The notes under the pieces were generated by a model. The model was not told the DNA's origin and searched no databases. It saw only the letters and a list, made by a program, of their open reading frames with translations. From assembly GCA_013265495.1 (NCBI GenBank), contig MU058052.1:75706-137873 (forward strand): DNA of 62,168 bases, read 5' to 3'. Below, in pieces: positions 11,601-23,400 of the stretch. Both the position numbers and the translations under genes were made by a program. How positions within the stretch are numbered: position 1 is the stretch's first letter; the number at the start of each line of letters is the position of its first letter. The stretch is from Vicugna vicugna. Its lineage: Eukaryota.

Positions 11601-13700
11601 TTGAGAACAGCATGTCTTCTGCTGTTGTTAAATGAAATATTCTATAAATGTCAATTGGACACAGTTGATTGCTGGTGTTGATCATTTCAACTAGTCCTTA
11701 CTGATCTGCCTGCGGAATCTGTCAGTATGATGGAGGGTGCTGAAGTCTACAGCTGTAGCAGTAGACTTGCTCGTTTCTTTTTGTAGTTCTGCCACTCTTG
11801 CCTCACACACTTTGAGACTCCGTTGTTAGGTGTATGCATGTTAAGGATTGTTAATGTCCTCTTGGAGAATGGACTGCTTATCATGTAGTGAGCCACTTTC
11901 TGTCCTTGGTAACTGTCCTTGTTCTGACGTTCACTTTGCCCGCAATTAATATAGCCAGTCTAGCTTTCTTTTGATTAGTGTTAGCATGCTATATCTTTTT
12001 CCTTCCCTTTAGTTTTGGTCTGTCTTTATCTTCATATTTAAAGTGAGATTCTTACAGACAACTTGTAGTTGGGTCTTTTTCATGCATGTATTTAGACCAT
12101 TCACATTTAAAGTGATGTTAGCACAGTTGGGCTAATGTCTACTGTGTTTGTTGTATACTTGTTGCACTTACTGTTTCTTTATCTTCTCCCATTTTTCTGC
12201 TCTTTCTGATTTTAAATATTCATTTTGTGATCAGTTAAATCATTTTATCTCCTTTTAATTAAAAAATACTGTTTTTAGTGATTGCCCCAGTGTTTGAAGT
12301 ACACATTTACAGTCAATATAATCTATTGTCCAATAACACTGTGCTGTTTCACAGGTACTGCAGTTACCTTGTAACAGAGTAGTCCCAACTTTCTCCTGCT
12401 GTTCTTGACAATACTGCTGTCATTTTCATTTATCCATGTGCTGGAGTCACCCAATACGTTGTTGTTTTTATTACTTTGAAATGTTACTTATTAGATCAAT
12501 TAAGAATAAGAAAAATAAAAGACTTTGTTTCACCTTCATTTATTTCTTTTGTGTTGCCCTTCATTTGTGTAAGTTTCAGTTTCTGACCTCTAGCACTTTG
12601 TGCTAAAAAAGAAATCACCTTCTTTTACCCATCTCCTGAAAGGCAGATCTACTAGTGACAAATCTTCTCAGTTTTTGTTTGTCTGAGAAAGTATTTGTTC
12701 CTTTTTCACTTTGGAAGGATAACCTTACTGGATACAGAATTCTAAGTTGGTGGGTTTTCCTTTTAACACTGAAAACAGCCCACTCTGTAGTCTTCTGTTG
12801 TAGCGTCAGGCTCACTGCTTCTTCCCTCACTATGTCCAGTCTACTGATGAGCCCGTCAGAGGCGTTCTTCATTTATGTTACAGTGTTTGGGTTCCTAGCA
12901 TTTTGTTTTGGTTCTTTCTTAGTTTCCATCTCTTTGTATACATCTCCCATCTGTTCTTGCACATCGGCTAACATTTTCCATTAGAGCTCTCAGTCATTTG
13001 AAATCTCTGTATGGCAATTCCAATATGTATGCCCTGTTGAGTCTGGTTCTCATGCTTGCTTTGTCTCTTCAGATGTTGTTTTTTCTTTCAGAGTGCTTTG
13101 TAATTTTTGCTGAAATCCAGACATGGCGCGTTGGGTAATAGGAACTAAGACACTTAGGCTTTCAGGGTGAGTATGTATGTTAATTAATCTAGTTCTCTTT
13201 ATGTTTCCTATAGCTGTAGGTGCCAGAGGCTGAAGTTTATTGTAGTTTCCTTGTTTTTTCCCCCTCTTTTATTGTCTTTGGGTTTCCCTATAAACTCCTT
13301 CTCAAACAGAGCTTGTGACTTGCAACTTTTTCACTTAGAGTTCACTGCTAACATACTGAAGCCCAATTGATATGGTAGGGTTTTGAGGATGAGAAATACT
13401 GTATAACCTAATGATTAAATTTCAGGGTTTTTTTATTGGGCTTGAGTCCTTGGGATATGACATTTAGAAGTGTTTCTTATTCTCTTTGCCCCGATACATG
13501 AGACAGGATGGCTAGAGGGGGCTAGAGTGGACCAAGTCTCCTTCCTCCAGGTCCGATAAGGCTCTAGTCACATACCTTTCCTTGGAGGGCAGGCCTCCAT
13601 TGTGGCGAGTGCTCTAGGTGCATTTCAAGATGGTTACTTTTCCCCTCCCTTTGTCAGAAACGCAAGAATATTTTCCTCTACTCTTCCCCATGAGAACCTG
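8655..13700 (-). mobile_element. Long ancient L1 (L1MC/L1M4-like), 3' region through ORF2 to 5' region, interrupted at 9267-9323 by an MLT1 LTR end
   Basis: Minus-strand ORF remnants match L1 ORF2 (DIPCSWTERINIAK 9667-9891; EIKKYFELNANENATY..RDAAKAVLR 11230-11442) and ORF1 (RILYPVRLSFQSE 12615-12872). Confidence 0.88.
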
Positions 13701-15734
13701 GTGGTGCAGCATGGCAGTGCCCCACTGACAGTGGAGGACAGGGAGAATGTGAACAGATGAAGTAGTGGTAGTAGAAAGGTGGAACATTTATAACTTCAGT
13801 GGCTCAGGAAGAACACAGAACACAGTGCTTTCACACAGATAGGATGGTAAGGACCCATGAAGCGTGACAGTTCTCTCTCATTTCTATGGTTGATGGGTAA
13901 CAACTATTTTTTAATGTTTAAACTTTCATTAATGACTTGATTTTTTAAGTTATCAAATAATTATCTTTTATTTTTCTTTTATGGAAGTAGATTATTTATC
14001 TTTTTATGGATTTTTAAAAATAGCTTTCTTGAGGTATAATTGTGTGTAAATATCTTAATCTCATGAATAAAGACAATTTCATTGCTTCCTTCCCAGTCTG
14101 CATACCTCATACCTTTATTTCTTACTCTTGCCTGATTGCACTGTCCGGGATTGCCAGTGGCTCTTGAGGTGGCCCTTCAGCACGTCATTCCTCCCAGCTT
14201 CATCCCCCATGCCCCACACGCACATTACAGGCAATGAATGTTAAACTACTGAACAAGAATGAAGTTTCCTAATGGTAACTTTACTTTCTGTATAAATATT
14301 GCTTATCTTTATAATCAGAAAAAGCAACAACATCGCTTCTTAAAAAAAAAGACTAAACTAAAAACAATTGCTAGAAGTTATAAAACATGTTAAATAATTA
14401 ATAATAGTCCAAGAAGCTTATGCTGGCAGTGTGGTCACACAGGAAACATAAATCTCACAGGAAGGAGCTCTTATCCCTGAGGTGCCTTCAGGAATTGCAG
14501 CGAGATTATTCAATACTGAGCATTTGGGGGTTTCATTCCCTTCTCTCCGGGCCAGTATAGGTCTCTGAGAGTAGGGGGAGATAGAACTTTCAAAAGAATT
14601 GAATTGGAAGTAGCCTCAGCCCTGGAGGTCAGAATTACTGGGGCACAGTGCATCTTGCATCTCACATAAAGTCAGTGTGAAGAAATGGCCTTTGCTAGCA
14701 TCTGCTTTAGTTTTGAGAGAGTTTAGGATAAATTGAAAATAGCATTCCAACTGAGAATTGAGAGTGTATATGGTATTCATTGGCCCTTCTATGTCACTCT
14801 TAACTCCTGAAGAAGAATGTTCTGCTTTTGTTGCCTGGTCAAACAAAATACTTGTGTTTTTGTCCTCTTTTGATCACATGAGACCACTTTGTGCCACGTT
14901 GGACCTTTTTTCCTCTATCCTCAGAGCTGTATCCAAAAACAAGTGGTACTTGTTTTAGACGTCCCCCTTCTCAAGCTTAGTTCCCTGGTTTTGTACACAC
15001 AGCACCTCCTCCAGGAGCTGTAGAGACATCTTTAATTTAGGGCTCTGACTTCTGAGTTCTTGAGATGGCCATGCAGACTGGTGATGCAGACACATTTTTC
15101 ACAGAATTAACTAATTAGCCCATCAACCACTTCTTGAGTGTCTAGAATGTTACTGAAGATTCAAAAATGACAAAGTTACAGTTCCTGTCCTCAAATGCTT
15201 GTGGTCTAACCTGGGGAGATGTGTCCAAGAAAAACCAGAAAGTAAGCACTGATTTGGGCTTGCTTAGCCAAAACATAGGGGGAAGTGGGTAATACAGTAG
15301 AAGCTTTCAGCTATTTCCTGAAAAGTTTTTTATTGCTTTGTAAAAAAGTGAAGATTCTTTTTCTATTATGTAATTTACTTCTGTAGACCTCACAGACTGC
15401 CTGGGTGTCAGTACACACTTGTCAATGGTGAATTGTACAGTCTTACAGTACTACAGATTTACCACAGTAGCTGTGACTCAAAAATTAAATTAAATGTTAA
15501 TTGGTTCAAATGTAATAGAGGAGAAATTCATCCACTTTGGTTCTTGTACTTCTGTAGGGTTATCTCAAACTCACTGCACTAATGGACACACCAGAAATGG
15601 ACATGTGTTTCTGATCAAAGCTGTTTGCTCTGGGAGCTCTGCTGACTTTCACGGAAGATTTGAAATTAGTGACTGTTGGTATGGATTAATACGGATTTCA
15701 GTCTGCTCACCTGTGTGCTAGAGAGATCTTACTA

Positions 15735-15764
15735 ACGTGTGTGTGTGTGTGTGCGCGCGCACAT
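15735..15764. repeat. (TG)n(CG)n alternating purine-pyrimidine microsatellite
   Basis: acgtgtgtgtgtgtgtgtgcgcgcgcacat seen directly. Confidence 0.9.
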
Positions 15765-17055
15765 TTATATAAAGAAAATAAGCTGCTTGGGTGCCATTCA
15801 CATGTTTATTTGGGAGAATGCGGTGGGTAGCACATTTCAACACTGGTATTTAAATAGAGTCTCCGTTTATCAGGGAGCATCCTGACGGAAGTTCATTTTA
15901 GCTATCTCTAATTCAGATTGCGCCATTTAAAATATTCTCAATCATATATTTGGGAGACAGAAGCTTGGGTGTCATCCTTGGTGGGTTTTACTTAACAGTG
16001 AAGTCTTTAACTTTTCAGTGTTATTTCCAGGGGAGGCCCATCACTTAAGTCCATTACCTCAGTACCAGTCACAAGGCCACTGCTGTCCTTTAAAAAAAAA
16101 GAGAGAGAGAGAGATTGTTTTTCCCCTTTATCAAAGTAGAATTTTCAAAAAATTAAATGTGACTCATTAAAATTTGAAATGAAACCATGATAAGGACTTT
16201 ATTCAATTTACTTATTAATGAAGCAGCCAGGAAGGGAACAAAGGTAGTTCAGAGAGCATTTTGAGGATCTGGGTTTCTATACACATTTTGAATGAATGTC
16301 AAAGTAAGAATGCTGTATTAGGTTTTAAAAGCCTGGTTAATATCTGACAGGGCAATGAATTATAATCTTTGGTATTATCTTTCCTATCAGACAGAAATTA
16401 TTCATAGCCCTACTGGATGAAAATCTATAAGTTAACACAATAATTTCACTGAATCTAGGCCTTTTAATCAATGGTAAACAATGAGTTTTACAAAGTACAA
16501 TTTTTTTACATAATTAATCCTTGGGAGGCCCTTAAACATCATCCTCATATAACATTGAAAGGATATGCCACCTGTGTTTTTGCCTTACTTCCATTTTTTA
16601 AATAATATTTCTTAACATCCTGTATCTAAAATTTTGAAATACATGTTTTAAAACATTAACTTTTAGATTCAGATTATAGTAAACTCATTTCATTTGCAAG
16701 TAACTAATGGAAATGTTGCCAGACACCTCCCCCCCAAAAAAAACCCTCTAGATTTTAATCAATGGGAGCAATGTAGCATCATCTTACAGACCTATTATGG
16801 CACAGATTAGAAGAGAAAAAGATGTTTATCCTATGTGAGGGCTTTTTATGGATTGAACATGAACTCCTTGAAGACAGGCTCTGAAGTTAATTTTTATCCT
16901 TCAATATCGAATCCCCAGCCCCTAATTCAGAATAAGGTGGCCTTAAAAGAATTAACTCGCTGAGTGACAGTGACTAAATAAATGAGTAATAATATGTCAA
17001 AACTGAAAACTCAAGCTGTCTAACAGAAATTCTTTTATGTTGTGTGTTTAACCAG

Positions 17056-17172
17056 GTGAACAACAGTTGTGTGCTGGCCCCAGGATACTAATTAGACCTG
17101 CTGCCTGACTCTCAGAACATAAGGCCCAGCACCTGCAGAAACCTGCCCATGTCCTCTGGGCGTGGGGACAAC
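17056..17172 (+). other. PTPN20: Probable 5'UTR portion of the first coding exon of PTPN20
   Basis: A T-rich acceptor ttttatgttgtgtgtttaaccAG|GTGAAC at 17055/17056 lies upstream of the ATG. This implies a further upstream non-coding exon that I could not locate. Confidence 0.6.
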
Positions 17173-17206
17173 ATGTCTTCACCCGAGGACGCCACAGCAG
17201 AGTCTG
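17173..17206 (+). CDS. PTPN20: PTPN20 coding exon 1 (MSSPEDATAES + G, ends phase 1)
   Basis: aacATGt with A at -3. The peptide resembles the human PTPN20 N-terminus MSSPRDFRAEP (recalled). Donor G|gtaggc; phase fits the next exon. Confidence 0.85.
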
Positions 17207-19614
17207 GTAGGCTCGTGTGCACTGCGCGCTGGGAAGGTGTGGGGGCAGGCGGGGCCGGAGTGGCCCTTGTCAGACTGAAAATGTGTGTTGAGCCACCTGT
17301 AGGTCTGTTACCTGCACACTGGGAGTCACTGTGTCCATGGTGGGGCCCAAAGTTCCATGTCTCTGAGAAGCCACCACGCCTAGCGGCAAGAGTTATATTC
17401 TTGTGTTTTATTTCACTCTGATGAAATAATGGTTTCTTTTTCTGATAGTAGGTGTGATCTGTGTTTATTGAGGAAATACTTATGTCCTTTGGAAAGTACA
17501 TAAAAGCACAAAAGCACAGAGAAGGATCTGGGCGCGGTGTTAACGCAGTGGTTTAATTAGATGACACTGCCCCCAGCGGCCCGTGCTGCCATGGTCTGGC
17601 CTCAGACACGAGCAGCTTTGCCCTCGGCTTTCACCCTTCCTTTTATACCTTTTCTCGTCCCTTCTGTGTTCAGCTCAGCTCCTGCTCCTCTCCTCCCCTG
17701 CCGCTGTGTGATCAGTGTTGCTCCCTCCCACTAGAGGTTTAAGCCAGAGTTCTACACAGAGCATTTCCTGCCCGGCTGCTTCTCTAGCCTTGCAGGTCCG
17801 ACTCCAGAAGTACTTCTGGCCCTGTTTACATTCTGAAAGCCTGAAGGAAGCCTTCTTTCTCATTATGATAGTACTTATTCATAGCACGTATGTTGTCTCC
17901 AGTTTTTTTTTCTTTAATTATAGATACTATATTGACAGCATGTTAATATTTATAGATTTTATTCTTTGATTGACTTCTTTCTTTAGAATAAATTCTCCAG
18001 ATTGGGATCCCTGAGCTAATGGATCTGAATTTTGTATTACTTTTACTACTTACTGCTATATTATTTTTAGAAGAAATTAAGCACATTACCAGCAATATAC
18101 CAGTTGTACTGTAACCTCACCATGTTTGGTGTCATCACAGCGAAAAGAAATGTGGTTGACTTAGTTGCTGGGAAATGATGCCTTGTGCTTTCTTTAATTC
18201 CTGTGATTCCTGTCCAGGATTATTTATTTACTTTTGTGTAACGTGATTTAAAAAAAAATCTGCTTCATACTTTTTCCTTTTTGAACTAACTGTGCACTGA
18301 CAGTTCTATTAAGTTAATAATCTTCTAAATTTCTATTCAAGAATCTGATGAAATTATAAATTTTGCTGGAATCTTTCAAAATGTAATTTTGACTCAACTT
18401 CATTCCTGAGTTGTATCCTAAACACTCCATGACTTTGTTTTAGCTTCAGTGAAAAGGAAAAAGACAGCATCCAAAAAAATGGCCTTCAATTATAGGACAG
18501 TTAATAAATTAAGACTTATCCAAAAAGTGGAATTCTAAGGAGTCTCCCAAAAAGTCTCCTCTCATTGCAGCCAATTCATCTCTGACTGTATTCACCATTG
18601 ACTTCTGTCCTGGATTTTCAGAGACTGTCCTAAATTCCCCAAATTTCGATCCTACTGCCCTTTCAAAGACTTTCAAACCTGATGAAGCTCTACTGAATCA
18701 AAGCAGTCTGTGAGGTTTAGCACGATTCGTTGCAAGTAGTAACTGAAGAGCTGAGGTTGTGGGTCACACATGTGTAAGTTACATCAGAAGGAAAGTTATT
18801 AATTTAATAATATCACTTTTTTAAGATGTCTGTCTGACAGAAAAAGTTATAGTTTCAGTGCCCTGTAGAACACTAATCAGTTTTGTTTCTAATTTAGCAA
18901 ACTTATTTCAAAATGCCTTTCCTAATGGACAAAGATAACATGTTCCTCGAAATGGTCTTTTCAGCCAGCTTTTATCCTCTCGCTATTCCTTGATTATTTA
19001 ATGAGTTGAACAAATTATTTGAGACAGGTTCTTTCTATATTTATTTCTATGAGTTTTCCTCTGATATAAAGTAGCTAAATGAATTGACACTTAAAACAGA
19101 GTGATTTTTTTTAAGCGTGCATGATTTTAGCCTTCAGAAAAAAAAATTGTCTCTTGTCTACAGTGCTTTTGAGAATTTTGTCAGATTTCAAGCTTTCAAA
19201 ATTTGACTTGAGTAAATGAAGAGCCCTCAAGTTGAAGACCTTGTACTTTTTAAATAACCTGCCTTCTCTAAAGGAATGCACAGCTGTGAAGGATTTTTTT
19301 TTTTTGACTAAAACAGAAACCTGCTAGATTTACTGGCCTGGTTTTTTTTTTTTTTTGCCTATGCCAGACAGCTTCCTCTCTATTAATTTAAAGAATAAAA
19401 TGATACTTCTTGTCATAATATAGCACATCTTATTGTCTAGTTAGATTTTAAATGAAATAATCTAGCAGTCCCTCAAGAGGTCCCCTTATATAATTCTTTT
19501 CAAAGTTATACAGGTTTGTATTGACAATTATGATTTCACCCTGAGTGTCACAGGCCGTTAACAAGCTAAACCAGAGTCTCACTCCTGCACTCCTCTATAA
19601 AGAGGATTTATTTC

Positions 19615-20000
19615 TACTCCCCTATTTATTTACTTATTCAATCATTTGTTTGTATCAATATGGACTCATGTATATATATTTTATACTTTATATTTTAAAC
19701 TAGTTGTTATGTTAGTTACTTTGTTTTTCAAATTTTTCTAGTCCTGGCCCATGGGAGCTCTTTCAGGTTGACTCTTGTGTCCCTTTGACATACTCCATTC
19801 TTTTGTTTTTTGAGCACTTTATTACTTCATTGCATTACAAGATGCTCCAGGCTTATCTTGCATTGCCCCTGCCTCAGTCCTAGATTCAGCCGTTTCTCCA
19901 AAGAACTTTGTTTCCTCTTATTGGATAATAGTATTGAGAAACCAAGAGCTGAGCGCTGGGCGTGTTTGCTGCTGATGCAGTATCATTGCTTCTAGGCTCT
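19615..20000 (-). mobile_element. Ancient L1MC-type 3'-end fragment
   Basis: Characteristic 'tatggactcatg...ggccccatgggagctctttcaggttgactcttgtgtccctttgacat...agatgctccaggct...tttctccaaagaact'. Confidence 0.7.
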
Positions 20001-20109
20001 GGCTATTTATTTTTAATAAGTTAAAAATAATCACATGGTTTAATGGAGTAAATATTTCTTGAAAAGTGTAAATGAAGAAAATAAATTCTGGAAACTCAGA
20101 CAGTGGTAA

Positions 20110-20300
20110 CCAACTCATTAAATGCTGACCCTGTGTCAGGTGCTGTGCTGAGTGCTTCACATGTATCTGGCTTAGTCATTGTGACATCCTTGTGGCATAG
20201 GTACTGTCAGTACTGCTCTTCTGTAGATGAGGAAAGTGAGGCATAGAGAGAGCAGGGAAGTTGACCCTGGTCCCACCACATAACAGAACTGGGATCAAAG
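20110..20300 (-). mobile_element. MIR SINE
   Basis: Antisense MIR core 'tgtagatgaggaaagtgaggcatagagag' with 'tgtgtcaggtgctgtgctgagtgcttcacatgtat'. Confidence 0.8.
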
Positions 20301-20302
20301 CA

Positions 20303-20472
20303 GACACAACAAGGAGGCCACCTGTAAACCAAGGAGATGCCTCAGAAGAAACCAGACTTGCTGGCACCTTGATTTTGGACTTGCAGCCTCAGAACTGTGA
20401 GAAAATAAATTTCATGGTTTAAGCCACTCAGTCTGTGGTATTTTGTTATGACTGCCCTAACAGACTCATACA
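20303..20472 (+). mobile_element. MLT1 (MaLR) LTR 3' part
   Basis: 'gctggcaccttgattttggactt..cagcctcagaactgtgagaaaataaatttc..tttaagccactcagtctgtggtattttgttatg..actcataca'. Confidence 0.85.
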
Positions 20473-20474
20473 GT

Positions 20475-23400
20475 AGTGTTTACCTCATAGAATGAAGTGA
20501 GAAGTGTATCCGTCTCTTCAATTGTTTTGAAAGTTGGTGTAAAATTGGTGCTTTTCCTTAAATATTTTGAATTTGCCAGTGAAGCTATTTGGGCCAGGTG
20601 TTTTTCTTTGTGGGAGGATTTTTAAATTATAAATTCAATTTCTTTACTAGCTATAGGTCTATTCAGATCATTTGTTTCTTCTTGGCTGAGCTATGGTAGA
20701 TTGTGCCTTCAAATTATTTGTTCGTTTCATCTAAGTTGTCAAACTTACTGACATAGTTATTCATAATATTCCTTTAATATCCTTTAAATTTCTGTTGAAA
20801 TATTATGAAGTCCTCTCTTTCATTCCTGAGATTATTGGTTTGTTTCTTCTCTCTTTTATTTTTCAATTTACCTGTCAAGATATTTACCAATTTTATTGAT
20901 CTTCTCAATGAACCAGATGTTGGTTCCATTTTGTTTTTCTCCTTATTTAATTGATTTCTATTCTTACCACTCTATCTGTTATTCTGCTTCTTTGAATTTA
21001 ATTTTTTTTCTTTTTCTGATTTCTTAAGGTAGAAGTTTAAATCATGGATTTTAGGTCTTTCTGGTTTTTGTTTTCTGTTTTTTGTTTTCATAGACATATC
21101 CAGTATTGTACATTTTCAAAAAACATTACTTTGGCTCCCTCTATAAAATTTTAATATGCTGTTTAATTCACCTTCGTGAAGTTTAAGATATTTTCTAGAT
21201 TCCCTGCAACTTCGTCTTTGACTCATTGGTTAAATAGAAGTTTGTTGTTTAGTTTCCAAATATTTGGAAATTTCCTATATATCTTATTATTACTGATTTC
21301 TAATTTAATTCCATTTGATTTGAGGATATTTGTGACATATTTTATAATTTTTGTGATAAACTGTGTATGACTTAATAGATTGTAAATTTGTTAAAAATTA
21401 TCTTATAACCCAGAGTATGATCTTTGAGAATATTCCATGGACACTTGAATGGGTAGTCTGTTGTTTCAGGGTGAAGTGTTCTAAACGGTTAAATTAGGAA
21501 AATGTGAATTATGGTGTGTTTCAAATCTTGCATGTCCTTACTGATATTTTTTTCTATATGTTACATCAATTGCTAAAGAGAATTTTTGGCTGTCTGTCAT
21601 TCTCCTTTCAATTCTATTGGTTTTTACTTCATGTAATTTGAAGTTTCACTATTGTATAAATGTTTTGAATTATTATGTTTCTAATAAATTTGCCTCTTTA
21701 TCATTATGTAATGTCCCTCTTTATCCCTGGTAACATTCTTTGTTCTGAAGTCACTTTGATACTAATCTAGCCATTCAAACTTTCTCTTACTAGTGTTAAC
21801 GTGGTATCTGTCTCCCATTTTTTCCCTTTTAGAGTTTGCTGAATCTCTGTTCAGTCTGCCCCCTTACCCGCCCCCATGCTTTATTTTGGATAATTTCTAT
21901 TGCTATATGTTGGCATACACTTACCTTCTTTTCTCTACTGTCTTATCTGTTATTAATTACATTCAGTTCACATATTGTTCATTTCATTCCTTGAAGTTCC
22001 ATTTGGGTCTCATTTTTATACTTTGTATTTCTCTTTTCATTATATGATGTTTTCTTTACTTCCTTGAGCACCTTTATAAAATTTATAATAGCTTATAAAA
22101 GGTTTTTCTTTACAAATATCACCATCTGTTATTTCTAACTGTATTTCTGTTGATTGACTTACCTGGTTATGGGCCATATTTTCCTGCTTCTTTGCATGCC
22201 TGCTAAGTGTTGACTAAATGCTGGCCATTATGAATTATACAATTTGGGGTTCTGGGTTTTTTGTATTCCTGTAAAAAAAATACGAAGTATTTTCTGCCTG
22301 CAGTTATGTTACTTGAAGTTTAGGTAAGTTGATCCTGTTTGAAACTTGCTGTTAAACGTTTTGTAGGTGTCCAGAGTTGCCTCTGTTCTGAGGATAGCTT
22401 CGTTTTACTGCTGAGAGGTGTCTTTTCTGTGCACTCGTCCCAGTGCCCTGTGTATTACAAGGTCCCCTTATTCTGGCTGCTTGAACACACTGTTCCTAGC
22501 CCTTGCTGGTCTCCAGGAGTTGTCTGGCCTGGTGATTCTGCCTGAGTGTCAGGGACTGCCCTCTACATACAAGCAGATCCATATTCTCTGAAGGACCTGG
22601 GAAGATTTCTTCGCTGATGTTCGGACGTCTCTTATTCTGCACAGCTCCCTCCTCTCTGACACTCTGCCTCACAGATTCTACCTGCCCTGGCCTTCTGAAG
22701 TTCGACTTCTTTCCTCTCAGCTCAGTGAGTTCCTGAGGCTCTGAGGTTCCTCTCCCTGAGCTGTAGCCTGGAGACACCTGGAAGCCTTAATCTGGGGCGG
22801 TCATAGGGCTTGTCTAACTTGTGTCCCCTCTCCCAGAGGTCGCAGTCTGGAAGCTACTGTCTCGTGTGTTTGGTCCTGTTTTCTGCTTGTGCTGAGCCCT
22901 GCGCAGCGGCTCCCTCGTGGGCAGAAGGGAGAGTCAGCGGTGGGCCGTTCTAATGTCATCCTCGTGTCAGGTGACGATGGGCGTTTTCTCATGCATTTAC
23001 TGGCCTGTAACTTTTCTTCTGCTGTGAGTTGCTTGTTTATGATCCCTGTAGACCCTCTTTTTTTCCTTGTAATTTGCCTCCCTAGCATTTGAAGAGCCTT
23101 CTTGGTTTGCAGAGCTCCCTGTCCTCTAAGTCTTGGTATGAGGAAGTAGTGGCCGTGGTGACCAAGGTCGAGGGCTCTGGGGGGATAGCATTCCGTGTCA
23201 GGAGTGTTAGATGTGGCCCCACAGCATTCAAGGGCCATGTCTTACTGCTCAGCTTTTTTGGTGGTTAAAGGAGTTTCCCAGAGCACATGTGGTAAAGTTT
23301 CTTTATTCTCAAATCAGCAACAGTTGGTTGCTGTTACTTGGCAACTAAGAAGATCAGCTAGTTTAATATATTTTACTCACTTTTTTTTGCCTATTGGCTT

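Noticed and set aside
18444..18714. Possible additional PTPN20 cassette exon(s) in repeat-poor intron sequence with AG/GT-like boundaries
   Set aside because: There is no recognisable protein similarity, the donor is weak, and the flanking exons already join in frame without it.
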